The notes beneath the pieces are model-generated. The model made no database searches. It worked only from the letters and a program-made list of their open reading frames with translations, and was not told the origin of the DNA. DNA of 64,000 nucleotides from Macrostomum lignano (Eukaryota), in the NCBI GenBank assembly GCA_002269645.1, contig NIVC01003940.1, forward strand, positions 4,647-68,646. The letters are read 5' to 3'. Within the stretch, counting starts at the first letter, position 1. Each line of letters starts with the position of its first letter. The translations under genes were made by a program, and so were the position numbers. Shown piece by piece: positions 23,701 to 35,620 of this stretch.

Positions 23701-26577
23701 TCGCCGTTCTTCACCTAAGTCGTAACCTAGATCTTCGAGGGAACAATCGAGGCACTGTACGAGTTGAGCGACGAGTTGCAACGAAACAACAGCGACGCAG
23801 CACAGCACTCTCGGCTGCTCGATGAAATAGAAACCGTCGAGGAGGACTACCGCGTCAGCATGCGAGAGGTCCAGCGTTTCCGGCTCGCACCCGAGACCTC
23901 AGAAGGTCCGAGGCAGGTCCAGTCACAACAACAGCAGCAACAGCCACACTTGGAAATCGGTGGCTATGGTGAGTTTGGCGACGAGTTTTCTCCGAACGAT
24001 GCCAGTAGACCCGAGGCAGAACAAGCTAGCTTAGCGGAGGAACTGCTGGCAGTCAAGGTGCGAGTTCTACGGAACACGAACTGTCAAAAGAACTTTGGAA
24101 GATGTTGCGTCGAGTTGAAATTCCTACCTTCTACGGAGAAAAACAACAGTACGAGGCGTGGAAGGCAGCGTTTATGGCTTGCATCGATAGGGCCCGAGCC
24201 ACACCAGAGTTCAAACTGCGCAGTTGCGTCAGTATTTGCGTGGATCGGCGCTGAAGGTGATAGAGCACTTGGATCATTCGGCTGCTGCCGACCAGGCGGC
24301 TAAGGAGAGATTGAAGCGTGAGTACGGCGGCAAGCGACGAAAGTTGGCGCACTACTTGGAGGAGCTAGATAGTTTTCCACCCGTGAAGCAGAATAGTGCC
24401 GAGGAGCTGAAGAAATTCGCAAACATCCTCGATGTGGCTGTAATTAATTTGGAAGAAGCTGGTAAGAACTCCGAACTTAGTGATGGACTGCTTCATGCTA
24501 GATTGCAAAAAAAGTTACCAGAGCCGATGGTCGCAGCATTTCGTCGATGGATCTTCGAGAAGGCAAAAGCAGAAGGCGTTAGGACCCTTCGAGAGTGGGT
24601 TTTGCGTGAGGCAGAGTTCCGAACTGAGGCAGCAGAAATTGTGTACGGGGTGGCCGCATCAAGTCAGGAGCAACCAAGTAAGGACAGCAAGCAGAAAGCT
24701 TTCCATGTAGCGCAGCTAAGCAAGAGCACAAGCAAGGGGAGCTACTCCTGTGTCGTCTGCAAGGAGGCACACGATCTATGGAAGTGTCCCGCGTTCGGGA
24801 AGCTGTCGGCTGAGAACAGATGGAAGGCTGCTCAGGAAGTCAAAGCCTGTTTCCGCTGTCTTGGCCATGGTCACATCGGTATAAACTGCCGGCGAGGTGG
24901 AAAGTGCGGCGTTGATGGTTGCAGAAAATCCCACCATCGTCTGCTGCATTCGACAACAAGGTCGGAATCGAAAGAGAAGCCAGAAGGCAAAGCCGGCGCT
25001 GAGCAAGAAATGCAGTCGAAGCCGAAAGCTGCAACCGTGACAATGGTAGCTAGAGAAGCCAGTGCGGTTTCACTTCGAACGCTTCCGGTCATTCTTAAGG
25101 CGAGTAGGCGAGCTGTGAAGATCAATGCCTTACTTGATGACGCCAGCACAAAGACCTATTTGAATACGGCGATAGCATCCAAGCTGCTGGAGGCCTGCAC
25201 GGCAAACAGGAATCAATGCAGGTAAACGTGTTGAACGGACAGGTGGAAACCTTCATAACAGCACCAGTGTCATGCACCTTGGAGAGTACTGACGGCCAAA
25301 TAAGCAAGGAGATTACTGTGCTGACGGTAGATAGAGTGACCGGGAGCATGGAAGTAGTAGATTTGCAAAAATTGGCGTCGAAATGGTCGCACTTAGGAAA
25401 CATTCCGTTTCCAAGAAGGCAAACATCAGCGGAGGTTGACTTGCTGATCGGAGCTGATCACACCGACTTGCATGCGTCGCATCTGGAAGTGTGTGGCAAG
25501 CCTGGAGATCCGCAAGCCCGTCTAACACCTTTAGGTTGGACCTGCATTGGCAAGGTTGATGGAGCTTCGGAACGCTCTTTATTTGCGAGCACATTCTTCA
25601 GCGGAGGCGAATTCGAGAACTTGGCCCCATTGTTGCGCCAATGCTGAGAAGTTGAAGAGCTTCAGCGGGTGGAGTCACCTTCATTCACGAATTCAGAGCA
25701 GCTTGCCCTGGAACGCACTCGATCATCGCTGAAGTTCATTGACGGGCAATACCAGGTTGGGTTTCCATGGGAACCGGATGCCAAGCTACAAGCCAACAAC
25801 TTCGAGATGGCCATTAAGCGGCTTGGAAACACTGAGAAGCGGCTCCTCAAGGATCTGGAAATAGCCAAAAAGTACCAGGACGTCATCAATCGCTGCGAGA
25901 AAATAGGCCACGTCAGAAGGGTGCTGCAGAATGAGCATCAGGCTATGAAAAGGTACTACCTTCCGCATTTCCCAGTGGTTCGAATGGGCATGGCAACGCG
26001 TGCAGTTCATTTAAAAATGGCGTATGGCCTTGATACAAGCAGCTTCCTAAACTCGTTGTTTCGCATGATCAGTCGCCGAGGTCAAGTTCTGGAAATCTTC
26101 TCAGACAATGGAACTGATTTTGTTGGTGCAGATAGAGAACTAAAGGAGCTGTGCAAGTCGATGGACAAGAACGCATTGCAGTCACGCACATCTTACGTAC
26201 CGATCAAGTGGCACTTTAATCCGCCTGCGGCTCCGCACTTCGGCGGTGTGCATGAGTCAATGATAAAGTCAACAAAGAGAGCGATAAATGCGATCTTGAG
26301 AACGGCAGAAGTCAGCGATGAACAGCTTGTAACAGCATTTGCCGGAGCAGAGCCGCTGCTGAACTCGCGACCTTTGACATACCAGTCGTCCCATCCTGGC
26401 GACGATCCGGTCCTGACGCCAGCGCACTTCCTGTACGGGCATGTCGGCGGACAGCTGGCACCAGAGACCGCGGCTGACGAGGTGTTCAACCCAACCAAGA
26501 GGTGGCGCTACGTGCAGCAGCTGGTGCAGTCCTTTTGGCGGCGATGGCTCCGAGAGTGGCTGCCAGCTAGTGAATAG
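23701..26577 (+). mobile_element. BEL/Pao LTR retrotransposon, internally deleted (gag, zinc knuckles, protease, integrase core; RT and RNase H absent)
   Basis: CxxC...H..C knuckles (CVVCKEAHDLWKC, CFRCLGHGH...C, CGVDGCRKSHHRLLH), LLDDAS protease, DLLIGAD, YLPHFPV, then TRAVHL, SDNGT.F, APHFGG..E, LNSRPL, LTPAHFL. Confidence 0.93.
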
Positions 26578-26716
26578 CATGCAGTCAGGCTCTGACCTCA
26601 GCAAGCAAACATCTCGATCAAAATACCAAGTGCACTTCCGCTCTTTCATGTCAGACCTGACAAAGTGATTTGCCTTTTGAGGGAACGAAAATTTAAAATA
26701 GCTATATATTACTTAC

Positions 26717-27544
26717 AGGTAAATGTCACCGGAATAGAGGCGTTGATTTCACAATAGGAACTGGCGACGGCTGCAATGACGACCTTTCCAGCAGGACCGC
26801 TGTTGTGCCCATTCGATCCCTCGGGGTTCCTGCCCGATGCGTCCACAAAGCTGCCGCCTCCGCCTCCTTCATCTCCGCTGCTGCTTCCAGTTCCGCCGCA
26901 ACCACCGGAGTAGCCGCCGCCTCCGCCGCCGCCGCCTTCACTGTCACTACCGTCTGTGCCGCCGCCTCCGCCGCCTCCGCCGTAGCCACCATCGCCTTTG
27001 CTGTTTGCGCCGCCTCCCGCCCAGCTTCCGGTGGCGCTCTTTCCTCCATAGCCTCCATCGTCGCCTGTGGGTCCGGAACCTCCAGCAGAGCCCCAACCAG
27101 CGCCACTGCCGCCAGACCTGTCAGTGCCCTTGCTGGGACCTCCCTGTCCGACAATCGAGCCAGAGCAAGTGCTGCTAGTGCCATCGCTGCCGTCTTTTCC
27201 CGTGTCCGAGCTGGAGCCATCACCGCCTCCGCCGCCTCCTCCGGCAGCCATAAGCAGCTGATGCGAGTTACTGCTTCTGGTTATATAGACAAAGGTTCCG
27301 CCTCCACCGCCGCCGCCGCCATTAGAGTCGCTATCGCTTCCGGCATCGGTCCCAGACTTTCCCACGACAATCGTGAGCGTCTCAATCAGATTGAAATAGG
27401 CCATTTTGTAAGCTCCTTTGCCTCCAGTTGCACCTTTTGTTGACTGGCCACCGTTGGCGCCCCATGTTTCGATTTTGTAGCAGGTGTTCACTTCCGGTGG
27501 TGTGAAGAATTGCACTAATCCCGTTTTGCCAGTTGTGCCACTCG
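26717..27544 (-). CDS. Paralog 2 proximal glycine-rich-domain exon (internal phase 1-1, or terminal if read to the stop at 26709)
   Basis: Acceptor at 27545; GTAAGT donor at 26716-26711; same motifs as the other GRD exons. Confidence 0.8.
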
Positions 27545-27744
27545 CTGAAATGCGGTTGATAGAATGTGCGTTCAGTGGTAATTCGATTGTAAAGACACAG
27601 AACTGCATGATGTTTTGAATGCAGCTATCAGTATTATCAGACATATATCGCAGCCAAGTTATGGCCAAGAAGTCAAAACTAAGAGACCTGCCGTCGCCCA
27701 GATTCAAAGGGTGCTTGTGTTGACGCTACTTTGTAGCTATCGAC

Positions 27745-27940
27745 CCGCGCGATACCATCAATGACCACTGGAACCCTGGTGAGCTCCATTGCCACACCGA
27801 CGGTTCTAAGCAGTCAGTCAACACCGGCTTTGATGTTGGAATCTTCCTGAACGGTAGGGTCATCGCACCCACGCCCAGTATACTTGGATCAACTCCAGTG
27901 TCTTCCAAAATGAAGTTCTTGCTATCAGTTCCTGCAGTGT
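27745..27940 (+). mobile_element. Short non-LTR RNase H fragment related to 6837-7890
   Basis: LHCHTDGSK...GIFLNG and NSSVFQNEVLAISSC, compared with YTDGS...NCSVFQSEVLAISSC. Confidence 0.75.
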
Positions 27941-28910
27941 AGTGCTTCTCGTCACTTGTGTTGCTGGTAAGAACATCATTTTCTGCAACACCGCGGCATT
28001 GGTCTCGTTTTCTACTCTAAGTTCACTCATAGACCGTGTCGGACAACTTAGAATGCTGTCGATATATATTTATAATTATTACCTTGATTCAGCACGAATA
28101 AGCAAACAAAAAAGTGCAAGTCCCTATTGAGCTGCGGAGAGGTGGGTCAGATAAGTAGTGTGCCCGATCAATCAAGCTGTGGAAGCTTTTGATTCAACCA
28201 GTCGGATACTCAACCTGCTGGTGAGTAAACTGTGGGAGTCTACAGCGACCGAGGCTGCCGTCGAGGCTGCGACAGAGTGCTGCTGTCGATCTAGTCGAAG
28301 TCATTTCTCACTATTCACCTGTGCTGTAGGTCCAAAAAGACTTTGTTGATTGGATGCTAAAGGGGTAAAGGCCGAAATCCTTAGGAGAAGGGGGGGAGAA
28401 GCAGCGTCAGACAGGGGCGCCGCGAGAATTGAACGGAGTTTTAGTGGTTGGAGCAACGGGTGTCAACTGTCGACGCGAGCAACGCCTCTGATTGGCTGAG
28501 CTTAAGGTCCCAAAAGCCACCCGATCACCTGCTTTCTTTCTACCTCTTAGAGGGCAAGAATTTAAGGTTTTTTGGCTCCAATCGCTGTCACGAAATGATT
28601 TACAACCGTAAAATTATGTAAAAATTGCATTTCTAAAAAGAGTTCAAAGTGACAGTGAATTACATGTGGAACAATACTTCTATTAAATACAGTAAGAATT
28701 CCATAATCCCAGAGAAAAATTGGCAAAAATATGATTACGGCCTACTGCCAGTAGCGTATACTGTACCAGACCAATTTGCGAATGCAGAATTTAAAAATAT
28801 GCTGCCTCATCGTGTTCTGTCGTGCACTTTGATGGGTGGATTCTTTTGGCTGCTATGTATCCTGCTATTATATATAAAATATAAAATTTTTAAACCCTGC
28901 TTCTGCCTAC

Positions 28911-30525
28911 CATTAAAGATGACCGACGACAGAGCCGTCGTTTTTGTAGTCGTAGTGGTCATATTTTGAGTCGTGGTGGGGGTAGTCCAATTTGAAGCTG
29001 TAGTAGTCGAAGCCCCTGTGGTCGTAGGCGGAGCCTCTGTTGTCGTAGTCGAAGCCCCTGTGGTCGTAGTCGGAGCCTCTGTTGTCGTAGTCGAAGCCCC
29101 TGTGGTCGTAGTCGGAGCCCCTGTGGTCGTAGTCGGAGCCCCTGTGGTCGTAGTCGGAGCCCCTGTGGTCGTAGTCGGAGCCTCTGTGGTCGTAGTCGGA
29201 GCCTCTGTGGTCGTAGTCGGAGCCCCTGTGGTCGTAGTCGGAGCCTCTGTGGTCGTAGTCGGAGCCCCTGTGGTCGCAGTCGGAGCCCCTGTGGTCGTAG
29301 TCGGAGCCCCTGTGGTCGTAGTCGGAGCCTCTGTGGTCGTAGTCGGAGCCCCTGTGGTCGTAGTCGGAGCCCCTGTGGTCGTAGTCGGAGCCCCTGTGGT
29401 CGTAGTCGGAGCCTCTGTTGTCGTAGTCGAAGCCTCTGTGGTCGTAGTCGGAGCCCCTGTGGTCGTAGTCGGAGCCTCTGTGGTCGTAGTCGGAGCCCCT
29501 GTGGTCGTAGTCGGAGCCCCTGTGGTCGTAGTCGGAGCCTCTGTTGTCGTAGTCGAAGCCTCTGTGGTCGTAGTCGGAGCCCCTGTGGTCGTAGTCGGAG
29601 CCCCTGTGGTCGTAGTCGGAGCCTCTGTGGTCGTAGTCGGAGCCCCTGTGGTCGTAGTCGGAGCCTCTGTGGTCGTAGTCGGAGCCTCTGTTGTCGTAGT
29701 CGAAGCCTCTGTGGTCGTAGTCGGAGCCCCTGTGGTCGTAGTCGGAGCCCCTGTGGTTGTAGTCGGAGCCTTTGTGGTCGTAGTCGGAGCCTCTGTTGTC
29801 GTAGTCGAAGCCCCTGTGGTCGTAGTCGGAGCCTCTGTTGTCGTAGTCGAAGCCTCTGTGGTCGTAGTCGGAGCCCCTGTGGTCGTAGTCGGAGCCTCTG
29901 TTGTCGTAGTCGAAGCCTCTGTGGTCGTAGTCGGAGCCCCTGTGGTCGTAGTCGGAGCCCCTGTGGTTGTAGTCGGAGCCTTTGTGGTCGTAGTCGGAGC
30001 CTCTGTTGTCGTAGTCGAAGCCCCTGTGGTCGTAGTCGGAGCCCCTGTGGTCGTAGTCGGAGCCTCTGTGGTCGTAGTCGGAGCCCCTGTGGTCGTAGTC
30101 GGAGCCCCTGTGGTCGTAGTCGGAGCCTCGGTGGTCGTATTCGAAGTCGCAATCGGAGTCATGGTGTTCGGAGCCGGAGTTGTCATCGAAGTAGACTCAC
30201 AATCTGCTCTGGTTCGCAGCAGCTGCGTGTTGCAGACCGGCCCGCTACTGAGCTGCCAGTAAAGCAGCAGGTCGCAGCTTTCTCCGAAAATGCATGACCG
30301 GCTGCTGGGCAAGTACTCATAGACTGAGCACAGGGTCGTGTTGCTCGCGCATTCGACAGCGCACACTCGAGCATCGGCAACACCGAGCACTGTGCGCTGA
30401 CCGCTCGCAGCAGTCACAGCATTGTAGCACAGGTCCGGCCTCTTGTCGAAGACAAAGGTAACCGTTGCTGTAAGTGAAATTAGAACTGCCAATATAATGG
30501 CAGTTCTGAAAAGACATGTAGACAT
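28911..30525 (-). CDS. Paralog 2 exon 1: signal peptide + PAN/apple-like domain + long mucin stalk (~54 x 7-aa (E/G)A(P/S)TTTT units)
   Basis: ORF 28807-30525; phase-1 donor G|GTAGGC at 28910; 21-bp tandem repeat at ~28990-30130. Confidence 0.82.
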
Positions 30526-31252
30526 TAATTAATTCTGGCTGATAAAACAAGCTGCAGATAAACACCGACTGTGTAAGCGGAGGTATTAGTGAGTGAGGCT
30601 AAGTTGATACAGCAACTTTAGCTATTTCTAGTCGTCATTCGTACGTGCACTTAACCCACCTCATCGGCCTGGGCAAGGTCTTCAGCACGGAGAAACTACG
30701 GAGTAAATAAGTTTTGTTACCGAGGTAACTCAGTTTAAATGATGTACGTACAGAATTTTTATAGCCTCAACTTGAGTTGCAATGCAGTCAATGCAGCCCA
30801 TCTGTAGGTTAGAGCAGAAGTCAAAGAGGCATATCTCTATGCGCATTCTTGAGAATCTGCTTCCCATGCCTAGTTAATTCCTTACGCTGCAGTTAAAAAA
30901 AGCATAGCTTAACTGCAGGGATGTAGGGAACAACTCCCGTACTAAGAAAAGTTTTCTAGCTGTTCTAGTGCCTGCTTCTCGGTGAGTGAAAGCTAACTAA
31001 GCTGCAACATGTTTTAAAGAGCTATTGTTCTTTACACCTCACTCCCTTAACTATCGACAGTCATGTTAAGGCTTGGTTTGACTTTCTACTGATACCTCGG
31101 CCAGTCAGTCCCCACAAAAATACCACCTCCATTAGAATTATCCATTACAAAAATTACAACTTTATTGCTTGCTCTATCGGTTTCAATCCTCATTTTTTAA
31201 CCTCTTGGTTCACCAACCATCTCCTGAATGTCCAGAGCAACCAGAGCCGCCT

Positions 31253-31457
31253 GCTGAGCACCGAAAGCCTTCTGAACACCGAAAGCCTCCAGAGCAGTCT
31301 GCTGAGCACCGAAAGCCTCCAGAACAGTCTGCTGAGCACCGAAAGCCTCCAGAGCAGTCTGCTGAGCGCCGAAAGCCTCCAGAACAGTCTGCTGAGCACC
31401 GAAAGCCTCCAGAGCAGTCTGCTGAGCGCCGAAAACTTCCAGAGCAGTCTGCTGAGA
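31253..31457. repeat. 30-bp minisatellite, ~6 copies
   Basis: GAGCACCGAAAGCCTCCAGAGCAGTCTGCT. Confidence 0.9.
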
Positions 31458-31916
31458 AGTTTAAATCGCCTGTTGTCATTTCTTCATAGTCCTTGAGCAC
31501 CATTAAGCCGAAAACTTCACTACAAACCCAGGCAGCTTTCTTCACTTCGTGTCACGCCGTTAAACAGTCATGCCCCAATTGGCCTTTTTTCTCGTCGTCA
31601 CAAGAGCACTCTCCAGCATTACTCGGTCAATCGCTTCATTTGACATAATCTTCAATCGGGCTTCTTTGGGCTTCTCCAGTCCAATCTGCTCGGCCACATG
31701 AGAAAATTGTGCTGAGACGCCGGCTTGTTGTTCTAAAAGAGAAGTTGAAGAACTCGTCCAGCGAACTTTCCTCCATGTTTACTTTGATGGTCACAAATGC
31801 TTGTGTGTCTTCGAATTCTAACGTGAAATCTTTATGTTTGTCAGTCGACAGATATTTGTGGGGTGGTAGTAATGCGATGCACTGAAAGTGAAGAAGAGGG
31901 AAGCTGATTGGCTGCA

Positions 31917-32070
31917 GGGGAGAGAGGGGTACAATGTACGCGGAGGAGAGAGGGGTACAATGTACGCGGAGGAGAGAAGGGTACAATGTACGCGGAGAGA
32001 GGGGTACAATGTACGCGGAGGAGAGAGGGGTACAATGTACGCGGAGGAGAGAGGGGTACAATGTACGCAG
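31917..32070. repeat. ~26-bp minisatellite, ~6 copies
   Basis: GGAGAGAGGGGTACAATGTACGCGGA. Confidence 0.9.
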
Positions 32071-33195
32071 AGAGTACATGTCAGACTGGGCCAGGCTTTA
32101 AATTGCCACCAAAAACGTTTGATGCTACGCCTCGGCCAGAGAAACTGCGCAGCCGTAGAAACGTTTTTGGGGTGGGGCATCATCTTATCCTTAAGCGCCC
32201 GGGTGTATCTTCGCCAGTCAATTCAGTTTACTGATTGATTTTATATTCAATAATATTAAGCAAAGTTGATCCTTAACCGCCAGCAGTCTGATGGTAAGCA
32301 GTTGTCACGTTATTTGATGTTGGCTGTGACCCTTAAAAGGGCCGTTTTAGTCCCAAAATAAGTTGAAGTCAACTTAGGCGAAGTGGATGGTGTAGCGGAG
32401 CACTTGGCAATAAGGGCAGGAAACTGCCGTAGTCGTTTTTATTATCAATATAAATAGTAAGTTTGGTTGTTACTGGCAAATAACAAACTATGGCTTTCTG
32501 GGCACTGGCGGCTGCAACAATGGTTTCTTTTTGAAGATAAATTGGATATGAGTTCAAGCGACAGACGAGTGATGTAATGGCGACGTAACGTGATGAGCAA
32601 TGGCAATGAGCACAGTGAAGGCAGTGAGACGTAGTAGGCAGGCAGATGAGCAGTGGCGAGGTTGGCGTCAACCGTGGCGTGAGGTAAGGAGGCTCGAGGC
32701 AGCCAGACAGAGAGAAGGAAAACAAGGCTAGACAAGGCTAGGCAAGCCAGACGGGACGGAGGACAAGCCTAGGGAGAGAGAACACAGAGCACCAGTGAAG
32801 CCCCCAGCCCGCCAGGCGAGGGTTAATAAAGAGCGCAAAAGGGGGTAGCGTAAACACGGAGAGTTTTCATTGGCTGGCGAGAGAACTTGAAATTATCGAT
32901 CGTGCCAAAATTATACGGTCGCGAGAGAGGATAGCAAAATATACAGTGAATTAGAAATTGCCACAAAATCGTTGGGCACTACTACAAGTAAACGTCGCAA
33001 TAAACAAATGGAAAAGTTTAGTTGAAACGGTGAAACTGAAGGGTTGAAACTATAGAGAAACAGCAGTCCAACGGCCCTTTTGCGGGACCACTTAAACTAG
33101 CAACGTCACACAGTGCTTACCACGCTGACACTCCAATCCAAGCCTAAACTTTCGCGAGTGAGGAAAGTCTCTATAAGTCTATGGCTGGCCACAGG

Positions 33196-33274
33196 CCGTT
33201 CCGGTCGGCTATGGTAAGCAGAGCTTGCCATAGAATTGAAGTTAGGAAAATCAGATTGAGCAGCTCTTCAAAAC

Positions 33275-33333
<59 letters not shown>

Positions 33334-35620
33334 TCAGCCATTAGGGGTCATGGACAAATATTTATTCAAAAAGGAACTAGCTTTACTTTTATCCTTCCAA
33401 ATAAAAAATTTGTCATTTGCCTTTTATACCGCAGTTGGTTGAAATCTGCTACAGATTATTCACGGTCTGGAAACAACTCGACTGAAGAAAAAAACATACG
33501 AAAAATATTTTAACAAAGTAAAACAAAAGTAAGCAGATCATACAGATCGTACATTTAGATGCAAAAGTACTCCAAAACGCAAAAAAGAACATTGTGATAT
33601 GTGTTAGACAACTTTAAACTTTAAATAAACATAATAACTCAGTAAACTTACAAACTACATTAAAATATACTGACTTGCATTATATTTTGACTAAGTTCGA
33701 GTGAACAGTTGCCTTCAAATAGATTCATTAAGGCAGACTTAGTCCAAATCGCAGTCGAAGATCAGGCATGCCACTGCTGAAAGCAGGCTTCCAAGCAGAG
33801 CCCCGGTTCCCCTGGACACTCAGGGCAGCAGTAGATCGTGCGCTTGCTGCTGTCAGCTCTGTAGCAGACACGACAGCGCTTTGTTGGTCTTGGCTGACTG
33901 TCCCGCGCCACAATCTTCGTTGGAAAGTGCGGACTGACTGGGCCACCTGGAGCGGCCTGGATGCCAGCGGCCGGGCGCTTCCTGCTCGTTCCGGTACGCT
34001 CCACCAGCTCCCGAATGCTGGCCTCAAGAAACTTGGCGAACGTCTTCTCTCCACCGCACCGGCTGTACACAATCCAAGCGTTGCGAATCATTTGAAGAAA
34101 AAGATGCAAGCCGAGCTTCAAAAACCACTTTGTAGTTTTCCTCCCTGGCAGATGAGGCTGTAGATGACAGTCCATTCTGTCAACACCACCCATGCACCGA
34201 TTGTAGGTGAGAACTGACCTGCTCTTCTGCACCACTGTTTCTGCTCCTCCACGAACCACGCGTCTGGTTTGAACCCTCTCAGCCGCCTCTTTCGTGTCCA
34301 GCAAATATAGAGTCTTCAGGCCACTCTCCTTACGTTCAACGATCTTGACAGCCAGCACCCCGTCTTTGCGCATGAAGGCGACGTCGTTAGGTGGAACGTG
34401 CAGCTGTCTGAGCTCAATCGGCACACCTCGGTCGGCCCGGACGGTACAAGTCAGGTGCGTTCCTTGAGTCAGCAGGTACTCTGACAGCCGATAGGAACCG
34501 AACCATTAATCGACAAAGATGCGGTAGCCTTGGTGCAACAAGTTGTAGCAGAGCTCAACAACAATCTTCTCGCTGAAGGACAGATTGTCTCCCTGCAACT
34601 GTTCATCGAACCGGCGGTTCTCCTCTGGGGTCGAGTGAACGCGGAAGTTGTACAGGTAGCCTGATTTGGCCTCACATGCACAATATAGCTTTATTCCGTA
34701 CTTAGCCCGCTTCGTTGGAATATATTGCTTAAAGCGCAGGCGACCTTTGTACAGCACCAAAGACTCATCCACGCTCACATCCTCCTCGGGCCTGTACACA
34801 TTAATACAAGCCTCTTTCAAAGCCTGCAGCAACGGACGGATCTTAAAGAGAGGATCGTTGACAATCGGATACTCAGCGCAATCGTAGAAACGGAGCAGAC
34901 CAAGTAGCTGCTTGAAGCGGTCCCTAGAGAGAGCTTGAGGTGCTTGAAAGTACGGCGTACTGTAGTAACTGCCTGTGCTCCAGTACTCGTTCATTTTGGC
35001 CTTTTTATTGGAACCCATGTAAAGGCACATTCCTAACACTTTCTTTACTTCATTCGCACTGCAATCTCTCCATTGCGCAAAACTCCGAGGCAGGTCGTCG
35101 ACATTGACAGAGTGGATCGCCGCCCAGGCTCTTCGATTAGTCCATTTTGCCAGTTCTTCGAAAAAGCTATTGGACAAAAAAAAACCGAGAAAAAAGGACG
35201 TTGCCTGCTCAACATCACCAGGTACGCAAATTCCTGGATTCAGTCCAGGTGTCCCTAGAAACTCGTGCACATTCGCTTGCACGTCATGCCCAGCAACTAC
35301 AGAATGCCAAGACAGCTCTTCCGTCTCTTCGGCAGTGCTCTGGCCGTCCGACTCACCATAATCGTCCTCTGACATGATGTCTTCTTCTTCATCGGACGTC
35401 ATTAAGTCCGAATCGGAAAAACTTTAAAATTTTTCCATGAGTGCAGCCATAATCTTCAGCTGTAAAATTTTCTATGTTAGTTTGTGGAGACTTAGTTTTG
35501 GGCCTTATTCATAACTAGTCAATGTCTTTTTATCAGACTGGAATGACCACAGACTTAGCAAACCATTCTGCTGAAAGGAATAGTCTATGGTAAGCGCTGC
35601 TTACCATCCGACCGGAACGG
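33196..35620 (-). mobile_element. piggyBac-family DNA transposon with ~36-38 bp imperfect TIRs
   Basis: Left CCGTTCCGGTCGGCTATGGTAAGCAGAGCTTGCCATAG (33196-33233) matches the reverse complement of 35585-35620 with a 2-bp indel and 2 mismatches; encloses the transposase; no TTAA flanks seen. Confidence 0.8.
33762..35402 (-). pseudogene. piggyBac (PGBD4-like) transposase, 547 codons with one in-frame stop at 34506-34508
   Basis: SVDESLV, FKQYIPTKRAKYGIK, FVD*WF, YNRCMGGVDRMD and a C-terminal Cys-rich domain CRVC...CPEC....LC...CF..WH; the two ORFs are in the same frame. Confidence 0.92.

Noticed and set aside
15021-30262. Val-rich and RLRPQG ORFs over the mucin arrays; Ala- or Arg-rich ORFs over the GRD exons
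   Set aside because: They are antisense or shifted frames of low-complexity coding sequence. The shifted frame is considered only for paralog 3.
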